The notes under the pieces were generated by a model, which worked only from the letters and a program-made list of their open reading frames with translations, was not told the DNA's origin and did no database searches. A DNA stretch of 63,998 bases, counting the filler, from Ionaspis alba (lineage: Eukaryota), in the NCBI GenBank assembly GCA_964255285.1. It is 3 parts of 3 records of this genome, joined end to end, with 100 filler letters (N's around TTAATTAATTAA, not from the genome) between each part and the next. Parts side by side here need not be neighbours in the genome. Positions count along the whole stretch, not along the records: positions 23,436 to 46,736 come from CAXUUL010000187.1; positions 46,837 to 63,998 come from CAXUUL010000327.1; 1 more part is not named here. One strand, written 5' to 3'. Within the stretch, counting starts at the first letter, position 1; every line of letters begins with the position of its first letter. Shown here piece by piece: positions 39,141 to 50,937 of this stretch. Position numbers and translations under genes: made by a program.

Positions 39141-40867
39141 AATGTCGATGAGACTATTAGGGATAGAAGCAAAGATAAAGGACAAAGGACTATAGAAGAG
39201 CTGGAGAGAAAGCAAATCTGGGCAACGGAGGATAGGTAAGAAAGTTGGCTGACGACAGGAGGATAAAGGAGAAGCTTAGAACGGCCACCGAGCCTGTGCC
39301 CTTGACCTACAGTGCTCCAGTCGTTCCTTAACGACTGCTGACCTTGTCAGGATAAGGAAGCTTCATTAGCTGTGCCTCTTTTAATACAGTTGTGGAACAG
39401 AATGAGTGGGAACTGTGTTACAGTTGTTTGAAAGATGCTTGGCTAGGTTCGAAGGCAGCTGTGCCGATAAAAAGATGACTGGTCGCAGCAATTTAAGCAT
39501 ACGGCGCCCACGCCACCAACAGGCATCAATGTCAGTTCCGGATCATGGAAATTGCATAGACCACGCTGGTGTGGACGCCTTTGCCCAAGACAGGCTTCGA
39601 AGTTGAGTGGCTGGAGGCGTAGAGAGATCATCAATCGAAAGACGGTAATGGGGTAAAAAGTACTTCTCGACGCCTCACAGGCACTTCTACCCGCTGGATC
39701 ACACGATATGCTGCAACAAGTAGTACCAAGGCGTGGTCCTAGACTTCGAAACATGTGCATTTGCTAACTATTCTAGATGTGGAGGTTTAACGTTGATAGG
39801 GCGGGATCCGCTGATCGAGTGCTCCACCACTCAACTGCATGCTGGGCCAAACAGAACGCAAAGTACTAACGGACCAATTTCTCGACGGCGAGAAGGGGAG
39901 GGGGGAAGAAACGATTCGTCAAACGAATATTCGAGTTATTTATTGTACCTACTTTTTACATTTATTTGGGGGGTAAGTGACCCCGTTCTCAAAACCCCAC
40001 CTCACCTCATTTTTACACATATTTATGGGCGGGTGCCTCTCCAATACCCCTTCCACCAGGGGAGGACCCCGAGGACCCCCGCTTCTTCACGATTTATTGT
40101 ACATCTTATATAGTCATTGCGCCCCGCTCTTGTCTCGTCGCCTCCGGACCTCCAGCCCTCCACACAGTATAGGCTCAAAAATCCTAATATTATAAGAGAA
40201 TTGGCCGAAATGGCTGATATGATAGTTTACATAACAAACCCATCATTCAGAACTATATAGATAAAGATAGATTGTCAGTGGCGACGGGACGGCCCGTCGA
40301 TCTCACGTCTAGTGGCACGCGGCGCCAAGCAAGATTCTTGGAATACGAGCCTGTGCATGCCTCTATGGACAAAGTCAGTGATAGCTGTTCTACCTCTATC
40401 TGTGTCACATGGGTTTCCCTAATAAGCTATATCTATGCAACGATGTATCGGACTTCTGACTTCCTGAAGTCGACGCACAATCCGAAGATCTCCACGCCTC
40501 CTATGCACCTCAATCTCTTGATCTTATTCCCGAGCCAAAGATATTGCATGATCGGCCAGCTGAGCGATTGCCAAAGTTCAACTCAACCATACCGGGCCTC
40601 CTGTGCGCTTCGCACTCGGAGGGGTTGGAGAGACAATTGGTTAGGGGACCTGCGCTCGCATGTATTCTCTTACTCTTTCCATTTATAAGGTTCTTTCGTT
40701 ATGCAAGTGAGCAGAGCAGTGGAGCTGTGCTAGACGTTCAGGTGACTCAATCGACAGCTCACCTCAAGATATCCCGCCTGGATAATATTAATGTCAATCG
40801 TGCACCTCGTTCTACGAGCCACCTGCAGACTTTGCAACTGAGTTCTACTGTGGAGATTCTGTGAATC

Positions 40868-41881
40868 ATGGCTTCTAAATCACCGAGAGAGATCGATCGA
40901 CGACCGGCCATGATACCACGGCCGACGGACATGCAAGTGTTATGCCTCGGACTCTCTCGAACCGGCACAATGTGTATGTGACCTAACCCAGGTTGCACCA
41001 GTGGGTACTTATCGTCTTGTTCAAAGCCATCTACACTGCTCTGAACCAGCTTGGATACAAATGCTACCACGGGGTGGAGATGCTGGAAAACAAAAAGTAT
41101 AGACACTTCCCTTGCTGGTACGAGGCTATCACGGCCAAGTATTACGGCGAAGGCGAGGTCTATGGACGGCCTGAATTTGACAAGATATTGGGTCACTATG
41201 CCGTCAGGACCCCAATTCCCCTTCTTGCCCAAGAATTGGCTGATTTAAAAAATGCCTCGCAGGCCGTGACCGATGTTCCATGTGTCCTCTTCTCAGACGA
41301 GCTTATCGCCGCCTATCCAGATGCAAAGGTCGTTTTGACAAACCGAGACGTCGAAAGATGGATCGCTTCTGTGGAGGGTCTCTACACCGTTCTAGATTGG
41401 CGACTGATGAAGTTTCTCGCGAAGGTTGATCCCGTACGTAAAGGCGTTCCAATCTACCAGACACAACATTACCGTTACAGACACGAGAACACTAATATCT
41501 CATTAGAAGGTTGCCAAATACGCTGACATGCTTCGCTTGATACTCCATACCTGGACATTGGGGGACTGGGAGAATCGGGACAAGCTTCGCGACGGATTTG
41601 CCGAGCACTACAAGCACATTCGATTGATTGTGCCAAAGGACAGGCTGCTCGAGTTCCAATCTGAGGACGGATGGGCCCCTTTGTGTGCTTTTCTCGACAA
41701 GCCGATCCCTGAGCAACCATATCCGCACGTCAACAAGGGGGACAACATTCTGAAGATACACAAGGTATTTCTCGGCATGACTCTCTTGAGAGTAGTTGCC
41801 AAAAGTACTGTTTGGATTGCAGGAGCGGCTGGAGTGGCTATCGGCGCTGTCTGGTATTATCGACGTCAATCCATGGTTTAG
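40868..41881 (+). CDS. Sulfotransferase-family P-loop protein (Sulfotransfer_4-like) with C-terminal membrane anchor
   Basis: MQVLCLGLSRTGT, ALNQLGYKCYH, AVTDVPC...ELIAAYPDAKVVLTNRD...W, HYKHIR..VPKDRLLEF...DGWAPLCAFLDKPIPEQPYPHVN; three introns. Confidence 0.87.
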
Positions 41882-41986
41882 CAGATATAGCTCAGAATAT
41901 CTTTATATTACGCGTGAAAGGCAGTGCAAATCACAAATCCACAATACGCAGATTACGAGATGAGAGTAAGAATTCTGGGTTTTCGA

Positions 41987-42086
41987 NNNNNNNNNNNNNN
42001 NNNNNNNNNNNNNNNNNNNNNNNNNNNNNNNNNNNNNNNNNNNNNNNNNNNNNNNNNNNNNNNNNNNNNNNNNNNNNNNNNNNNNN
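41987..42086. other. Scaffold gap (100 N) flanked by an exact 55-nt overlap
   Basis: 41932-41986 is identical to 42087-42141. Confidence 0.95.
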
Positions 42087-42455
42087 CACAAATCCACAAT
42101 ACGCAGATTACGAGATGAGAGTAAGAATTCTGGGTTTTCGAGTTTCGATTTGGTAGGTATGGCAAATCAACAGGACTTGTACCATGAATTAGGGGAAGTC
42201 AACAATTTTAAACATCTGGAGGCAGCCCCCCTACTCAGATGTTCCGACATTGAGTGTGTTGTCACATAAAATGCGGTTCTGCTTTGCCAACTTTCGTGCA
42301 AGGAAGCTGGCAACTGTAGTCGCGGGTAGTGCAGCAGATCTTCCATTAGCGTGGGGACGATCTTTAAAATAATTTTAGAATCTTCGAAGCTCCCCCACCA
42401 TGAACATTGCCGCAATTTTTGGTTGTAGTCCTGTCGCCTCCCAACACAAACGATA

Positions 42456-45400
42456 ATGCCCGGCAGACAATCGACTGGGCCTGTTGCTACTCAAAAGAAG
42501 CTCAGGCCTAAGAGACAAAAGAGAGAACGAACCCTTAATGCGCTCGCTATTGCGGAGAAAGAAAATCCACAAAAGGTTCGGATCGAACAACACAGACTGG
42601 GTGAAGTCGACCAGGGTAACTCCAAAAGAAGGAGAGACGATTCCGGGGATGATTCCGAAGAAGAGCATGGTCGAGCGCAAAAGTCCAAGCGCTCGAGAAT
42701 TGGGGAGAAAGACAAATATGGAAATGAAATTGAAGGAGGTAGTGATAGTGAGGGCGGGGAATGGATGACGGGACAAGTCGACAGTGACGACGACAGTGAT
42801 CTAGACAGTGACGAGGCTATGGGCGAGAGTGATGACGAGAGATTCGAAGGATTTACATTCCGCGGCAGTTCGAGCACAAAACCTAAGAAGAGGAGGACTG
42901 TATCTACAGAACGGAGAACCAGTGAAGGAATCCTGGATCCCGAGATCATCTTAGACGAGGGAAATGAGTTGGTAGATAACTTAGAGGAGGAGAGCGATGG
43001 CTTTGCTGAAGAGGCTGTTGACCTTGCCGCAATGCTAGATGCTAGTGACAGCCAGGACGCCGAGAATACGGGCACAAGAGACGAAGGTGTTTCTGGTTCG
43101 GACAGTGAAGTTACTGGGTCAGAGGACGAAGGCTCATCCGAAGAGGAGGGTTCTGTACTTTCTGTTTCAGACGCAGATGATGGTACAAACGACGCGGACA
43201 GGCTCTCTACTCTTCAAACACTTGTCACTACTCTAAGCACTGGCGATACCAAGAGCAATCGTCGCCCGATCGATGACGCCCAGGAAGCAGCTACGCCATC
43301 AGAGTACGGCTTGAATGCAAGGCAAAAGCTAACTGTAGCTGACCTTCTCCCCACCGTGACAGATCCTCGACTCAAGAAATCCCTCAAGCTTATGGTCGAT
43401 GATGGCAAGAAGTCTACAGGGAAATCCAGCGGTATCCCTCAGAAGCTGGAGGTGCCTCTCGCTAAGAGGCAACAAGATAGACTAGATCGAGCTGCTGCAT
43501 ACGAGAAGAGCAAGGAGACACTAAATCGATGGATAGACACCGTCAAACACAACCGCAGAGCGGAGCATCTTTCGTTCCCACTTCAAGACCCTGATGCTAT
43601 CTCTGCAAAGGATACTTCACGGCTACAAACGAACGCAGACTCGAAGCCACTGACCAGTCTCGAATCTACCATTCAGAACATCCTCGTGGAAAGTGGACTG
43701 GCTCCAATCGGTGGGAAATCTCAGGAAGCACAACTGCAAGAATTTGAGGAATTAGCCACAAACAAGATGCCTATTGAGGAAGTCCAAGCTCGACGGGCGG
43801 AGTTACGAAAGGCTCGAGAACTCCTTTTCCGCGAAGAAATCAGAGCCAAAAGGATCAAGAAGATCAAGAGCAAGTCGTACAGACGAGTCCATCGGAAGGA
43901 ACGAGAACGTAACTTGCTCCGAGAGAAGGAGGCTTTCGAAGCAGCTGGCGTTGAAGCATCCGATGAAGAGCAGGAAAGGGTAGATCGAAGACGAGCTGAA
44001 GAGAGGATGGGTGCCAGGCACAGAGAAGGTAGATGGGCGAAGGGAGTGAAGGATAGTGGACGAACAGCTTGGGATGAAGATGCTCGGAGCGGTGTAACGG
44101 AAATGGCTAGAAGAGGAGAAGAGCTTCGAAAGCGGATCGAAGGGAGAGAGATCCGCGATGAGGAAGATGATCCTCTTAATTCGAGCTCAGGATCGAGTGA
44201 AGACGATGAGGATGTCATCGAAAATGGTGACGATAGAATTCAACAGAGGCTTGAGGGGAAGTTACGTCGTCTTGATGCGGCAAGTGGAACGACCGGTCCA
44301 GGATCTGGTCTCTCATCCATGAAATTTATGCAGAATGCAGAAGCGTCTCGAAAGAAACAAAACGACGAGGATATCAAACGAATGCAACGAGAGCTTGCAG
44401 GCGAGGACTCTCCTAGCCAAGACGATACTGACGAGGTTTCTGGTCGGAGAAGCTACGGACCACAGAAAGACCATCCCACACCCGCGAAGAAGCCAATGAT
44501 TGCCAAGAACGAATTCGAAGAAAGGGCCGCTTCGGATGATGAGGACAACAACGAGGACGCTAGACCTGTAGATGACGAGATCGAGATCATCATCGATAAT
44601 ACTCCAGCTCCTTCAAAGCCAAAGAAACAGCCTTCCAGCGATCTAACTCACAAAACAGGCGCTCCCAACTTGAGACTATCTCAACCAACCGCAAAACCAC
44701 CAAAGAAAGATGCCCCCATACCCGGCCCCTTCGACCCCACAGCCGCCCTCGCGGCCCTCACACACAGGCCCAACCGCAAAACCCGCGATCCAGATGACGA
44801 AGTCCTCATCTTCACCAACCCCTCTGATTCTCTACCTGCTTTCACCGACCTCCCCTCCAAGCCAGCTGCTAAACCTCCCAAGCATATTCCTTCCTCAAGC
44901 AATGCTATCCATAGTGACTCCGACTCCGACTCCGACTCCTTCACCGGCTTCTCTCCCTCCACCCCACCGTCTCCGCACCTCACAAATGCCGACCTGATCC
45001 AGCGCGCCTTCGCTGGCGACGACGTCTTCGAGACCTTCCAGGCCGAGAAAGCAGCGGCGGTAGCAGAGGATGATGAGAAGATGGTCGAGACGACGCTTCC
45101 AGGTTGGGGCGCCTGGACGGGCGAGGGGTTGACGAAGAGGGAGAAGAAGAATAATGCTAAGAAGAAGACGTTTGAGAAGGTGGAAGGATTACCGGCCAGT
45201 AAACGCGTTGATAGGGGGTTGGATAAGGTTTTGGTGAATGAGAAGAGGATCAAGAAGGTCCGTGATGTTTATCTCGTCGAAATGGTCTTCGAGTTATTGA
45301 CAACTTCGTTCTAGAACGCTAAGTATCTCGCTACGCAACTTCCACACCCTTTCGAGACAAGGGCACAATATGAACGGAGTTTGAGATTGCCCGTTGGGCC

Positions 45401-45497
45401 CGAGTGGACGACGAAGGAGACGTTCCAGGCGGCGACGAAGCCGAGGATTTTGATTAAGCAGGGTGTGATTACGCCGATGGAGAAACCACTTCTATGA
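42456..45497 (+). CDS. UTP14: U3 snoRNA-associated protein 14 (SSU processome)
   Basis: PLAKRQQDRLDRAAAYEKSKETLNRW, RAKRIKKIKSKSYRRV, RAEERMGARH and LPGWGAWTG; intron 45258-45314; YLATQLPHPFETRAQYERSLRLPVGPEWTTKETFQ. Confidence 0.95.
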
Positions 45498-45730
45498 TCC
45501 ATGGATATTGGATATTACGGGAAGGTAATGGGCAGTGTGCTTAGTGTTGGCGAAGAGTTGGAGTCCCATGTGTCTGGTAATGGCTCTAAAATGCCAATAT
45601 CAGGCACAGGTATAGATAGATACAGAAACATTGGCCATTGGTGTGATAATTCTTTCAAGCTCTGTTATTTTGATAAGTGGAAAGCACTCACCTGTCTTGG
45701 TCAAAAGCATGGACCTTTCTCTACCCATCT

Positions 45731-46252
45731 ATGGCATCCCTCATTACCCCTTATCCATCAAAGTCCTCGCTCCTCCGTGCGTCTAGACATGCAATTGCCG
45801 ATTCCTTTGTCCAGATTCCCCGGTCCAACTTCCCTTCCTATCATGCCACAAAACCTGCCGCTATCTCTTATGCCCTATTTTCCCATTCCCCCATTCCCTG
45901 CGCCATCCTTCCCCAAAGCCCTCTTGGAAGCCCAGCTCTCGAATCTCCATCCTTCCCAACTCCACTCCCACCAACCCAGCAGTTCAACCACGAAGTAGAG
46001 CCCGTGCTCCAACCTCAACACAGATATCCAAGGAAATCAATCCTTCCTTTTCCCCGGTTCCCATACTCTAACTCCATCACCTCCGAAGTGCGGGGAGATG
46101 GACGGTCTTTATATCCTCAGCCAGAATCGTGGTCTCAAATGACTTCGAGGAGACGGAAAACTCGACAACATCGAGAAGCAAACAAAAAAGCACGGGGGAT
46201 TACAGGATCGACAAACGCAAATGGAAGGAGAAAGTCTCGAGTCAAGACATGA
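45731..46252 (+). CDS. Possible orphan ORF (173 aa, Pro/Ser-rich, basic C-terminus)
   Basis: Uninterrupted ATG-initiated ORF with no recognised domain. It may be spurious. Confidence 0.25.
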   Translation: MASLITPYPSKSSLLRASRHAIADSFVQIPRSNFPSYHATKPAAISYALFSHSPIPCAILPQSPLGSPALESPSFPTPLPPTQQFNHEVEPVLQPQHRYPRKSILPFPRFPYSNSITSEVRGDGRSLYPQPESWSQMTSRRRKTRQHREANKKARGITGSTNANGRRKSRVKT

Positions 46253-46736
46253 CAATTGAATATAAAAACATGGGGGTGGTCAGCTAGCATATCTTGGAGC
46301 GTTCGAAAAGTAGGACACGAACAAGCTGAGCTTGCATCATACACGGACTCCCGGTAACACATCCACCCACTGACCGGTCTAACAGCCGCCGGGCAAGGGA
46401 AGCTAGCTCTCGAGCCCGTGTCGTTCACGTCACGCCCATTCTCCGCCATCAGGACGACGAAGCACAGAAGCTGCAGCAGCATCTTATGGCATGCTCGAAC
46501 TTAGCTTCACGACTCATAATCACGAATCACAGACAACCCTATCTCTCCGACATGCTCAACCCAGCGACTACAATTCTTCAGAGTAGAAAATCAATCATTG
46601 CATTCACTACATACAAAATCCCCCCCTTCCCCCCTTTCCCACCGACAAACCGCAAACCATCTTCCCAAAACCCGCCAAAGCCCATCAAAATCCCACACCA
46701 CACCACACCTTAGCCACCCACAACAAAAACCAACCT

Positions 46737-46836
46737 NNNNNNNNNNNNNNNNNNNNNNNNNNNNNNNNNNNNNNNNNNNNTTAATTAATTAANNNNNNNN
46801 NNNNNNNNNNNNNNNNNNNNNNNNNNNNNNNNNNNN
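46737..46836. other. Scaffold join: 44 N + TTAATTAATTAA + 44 N
   Basis: Linker at 46781-46792. Confidence 0.95.
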
Positions 46837-49103
46837 CCCATATCATACGGTCCTCCGTCTCCGCCTCTATACCTCTCAATCGAGGGATTGCTCTTGGCCT
46901 TCCTCCTTACAGAAGCGAGGATCTTGCCATGATTTAGCTGGAAATAGTTTGCCAGGACATCACTCCAGAAGCCATTGCGCATATCTTTCCGCTGCAGCCA
47001 ATCTAACATGGCAAACCTGACCGTCTGGGCTTCTTGATGGCGATTGTAGGCAGTGATCCTGTCCTTTATCCAGAAGTGCGAACCTCCGCTTGCTGGCGCT
47101 CCTGGCTCGTTTCTCCAAGGCTCGTCGTTTAGTATCATGGCCTGGATGCTGATCAGGATTTGGAGAATTGTCGATTGGCCTGGCTGCCACATTTCTTCCG
47201 GTCGTCCAGGCCAGGTTCCCAAGAGGCTGAGGCAGACTGTGGGATTTAGCGGGTATCATGAGCTTGAGTAGTGAGTCCACCTACCTTTACCATCGGCATG
47301 TAAGTTTGGATTGAATCTCACACGGCCACCGTTCGTGGTACGTAACCAACAGAATGGGCTCACGTATGGGTATTCCTTTGGACAGAAGATATCGAATCTG
47401 GCCTTGTCAGCAGCTATACTCATCCTTGCAGGCAGGAAGCTGTACTCAAATACTCCACCCTCATACGGCGTATCATCTGGCCCGATAATAAGGGCTTTGA
47501 TGACATCGGGTCTTTCTATTTGAGCTCTGACAAATATGCCAGGAGGTAGTGAGGTGATCATATCCACTAATTCCGTAAAAATCCTCCTTACACGGCCATG
47601 TGGTGATTCGTGCAGTTGCTGTGCTTTTATCTTGTATGAAGCCATCAGGTTCTTCATGACGGACGTAGAATACTCCACGCGGTGTTCGACGTTGTATTGT
47701 TCCCATGGGGTGAGTTGCTTGGAGGTGTCGCCACTCTTGCCGGATTTGTTCTTCTGGTTCTTGCGATCCTGTTTCTCCTTGATCCGGTTAATCTTTCCGT
47801 AGACATCTGCAACGTAGCTAGATAGAGAAAGCATATCTCTCCCGCTTCTGTCATTAAAGCCTGTCTTCGACACTTCGGCTGTGCTCAGAAGTGCTTCGCA
47901 AATGATGCAGAGATTCTGCATGTTGTCTAGTAATGAGCCAGACATTGACCCTTCCTCTACCTCCAGATCGAGTGCTGTCACCGCCTTTCCTTTACTACTT
48001 TTGGCTTTACCTCTGCTTCGAGGAGCGGTAGCGTAGCCATTCGAGGCATCTGGTAACGATAGAGGACCCAGACCAGGGCTCTTCTTTCTAGAGTATCGTG
48101 CATCCATGATCAGGAACCTCGTGTGAGCATGCGTGCCAACCTTTTCGACGAACGAGATAACAGAGCGGTACAGTTTTCCTCTTTTGGCGACATCAGCTAT
48201 AGAATCATTGCGGAGTAGCTGAGCTGCTCTGTCTTGGAAGAAGCTAAGTTCGATCATTTCGTGAAGACCCTCCGGGGGATCCTCGTTTTCATACAACGGA
48301 AGTAGTGCTGTGATCAGGCTGAATATGATCTGCGTGACATTGTCCGTTTGACTATCTGTTTTCTTGAACTCCAACATGGGACCTGACCGCCCTCGGCGGC
48401 TAGACTGGCTTGGGTATATATCATAGCCACCTGGGAGGAACGCGTTACCACCGCCGTATCCTTTACCAGTCGACGCTGAGTGAGGTAGACGTCCTACATT
48501 TGTGGCAGGTTTCCCTGCTGCTTCCGTGCTCTGAGATTGTACCGCCAGCTCAACCTCGTCGTATCGACACAAGAGGAGCCAGATGGCGAACAGCTGACCA
48601 CTCTCACAGCACCAGTCCACCTTGAATCCCTCCACGGTCTTTGTGTTTTGGCCCGTGAATGGCTTGTTTCCGCATCCAAGGCAAGTCAAGGCATTGCATC
48701 TTGGCTCCGAGCATAGCGCGGCGCAGATGGAGGGATTCTTCTCATGCTTCTGAGCGTTCTCCCACTTCTTGAACCATTTCGCGGCTGAGAACTCTTGCAT
48801 GAGTTGGGCATCACATTTGTGGCAGGTCGTTGCCATGACATCCGAGATAAATCCTCTGACCGCGTCCAAGTCGTCCTGGATCGCCTCTGGATATGCTGCA
48901 TCCTTCTCGCTCGAATTGGGAGCATCACCGTAGCCTGAAAGTTCATCTTCGTGCTGCTGCATACGCTTCGCAACCTCGTGAGACCGATCGTTGTTGTTGT
49001 CGTTCCTTCTTATACCTTTTGAAGAGCTTGCCTGCAGACCGTCGTCTGGCTTCTTCTTTGCATCTTGTTTGCTAGAGTCTCCTTTCAAGAACTTGTTCCA
49101 CAT
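46837..49103 (-). CDS. Ubiquitin-conjugating (UBC) domain protein, BIRC6/UBE2Z-like C-terminal E2 with long N-terminal extension; 3' end in gap, start uncertain
   Basis: SLPPGIFVR...RPDVIKALIIGPDDTPYEGGVF|FDIFCPKEYP...TTNGGRVRFNPNLHADGK|VCLSLLGTW (catalytic Cys)...STILQILISIQAMIL..EPWRNEPG. The reading frame stays open upstream to about 49186. Confidence 0.88.
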
Positions 49104-50937
49104 TCTGTCAGTTATGGCGGTGCCAGACTCTAACAAACTGGAGTCGTCAGGCGAATAATGCCTCAAAGCCAGGAATTGGTGGAGACCTAGACACAGCTCT
49201 GATTTTCACACAAATAGGCGTATTGCAAAGTCGAAATTGAAATGATAAGTTGTCATAAAGAAAGCATGCTGTATCGGGATCATGGGGGGCTTTTGTAGAC
49301 ATCAAAAGAACCAGAGGAGTAGACTGCAGCAACATTATGACACTGCTTCGTTGTGAAGCTCAAGTTCAAATCACACGAAAGCGTCTTCCATGAGTCAGAC
49401 TGCTTGATATGAAGTGTACTACAGAAATTGTATAGGAGACAGGCCACAAAAGATTATTTGATGTGAAAGGTAGGATATCTACCGAAGGGATGACAAAGAC
49501 AAAGACCTCCAGGGATTTAAGACGAGGGTCTGACTTGGCTCAACCACAGCACGGTGAGTTCCCTTTTGCATCTCCTGGTCGAAGGTGAAGGGGCTTAGAG
49601 TAGATGTCCTTTCGATCTGCTCCTCATATGGCTCCAATGGGTGGTGGGTGAAGATCGCCCACGTCTGGCACAAGCACCAGCGCGCAAAGGTGGAAGCCAA
49701 TCCCTGGAGCACAATATCTTTGCAAAGGAGAAAATGGTAGAAGGAGCTTGCCGGCTACAATGGTCTCTGAGCCATTCAAATCACTGTATGAGAACGGAAC
49801 GGAACGAGAAAGAGACAGCGGCAGGCGCTTGGTCTGACTTCTGAAACATGGTATCTTGAGACCCTTTCACGTGGGATGGAGACCAAAGATAGGACAGGTA
49901 CCGTATTAGGCAATCTGCGATCCTTTCAGAAGCTTCCGGAACGAGCGAAGATGACTGCAACGCAGAATGGACTGACACTGATGAGCAGCTTGTCGTGTCC
50001 GACTCATTCGATTGGTGGTGAATGTTGGCGGGGAGCAAACAGTTGAGGCTCCAGGGAAATGCCAGGAGAGTCAGAGGGTTGGCCTCGCTAATATGCACCA
50101 AGTGCGGTAGCATCCTGCCGAACCGCCAGGCCGCCTTCCTCTGTCATTTCCGAATGTCGTATTGAAACATCATTCCCAAGTCCGAAGCCTTCGAGTGCGA
50201 AGAGTCGCACGCTCCGAGCCGAGTGTTAGATGATCCGTCAGACAGTTCTTTCCTGTACGTCGTTCACGTAATCTCTCGGAGTTGAGAATGGTCTTCGGCT
50301 CATGAAAAGGAAAATCTGGACTCATAGTTGAGAGCTCGAACTGGACTCAATATCTTGTCACTCGCGGCGCCTGAACGACGTATCGAAGCTTGCCTCCTTA
50401 CTTTGTACCTGCAGAAAGAGTCAGGCAGCTATGCTATGCACCAGACGTGATCCCTGGTGAATCCGATCATGAATGGTTTTTATCAATGCTTTTCATTTCC
50501 TGTTCTCTACAGATCCAGTGATTTTCCAACAATCTATTGTCTGCATTAGTGCATCTCGTGCGCTTCGTGATGAAACCGCACCAGACCTTGTATAGGAAAA
50601 ACACGGCAATGACCAGCGTGAGTTTGCTTGTATTGAGCACGACTCCTCCGGGCGTATCGCCTTGGCTCAAAAGCGAAATTTGCTGTTTCCCTTGTCTTGC
50701 AATTGGTATAAGGTCTCTACTGACCGTCCCGTTGTGATGCCTCTCTTTGCGCGCGACATTCTCTTCTCAGGTGTATAACTTGACACTCTTTTGGGTCCAT
50801 TGACCTTACTCTCTTTCAGATCGTCACTCTTTTCTACCATATAGTCTTCATTGATTGAAGCTGGTGTACCATATCATTCATTTACTTCTTCTCCTCTTAT
50901 TCACTTCAAGACACTATCCTATTCTGCGGCTACCGAC

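Noticed and set aside
41932..42141. 55-bp direct repeat flanking the N run, resembling an LTR or target-site duplication
   Set aside because: It has the same length as the overlap at the LPMO gap and is best explained as a k-mer assembly artefact.
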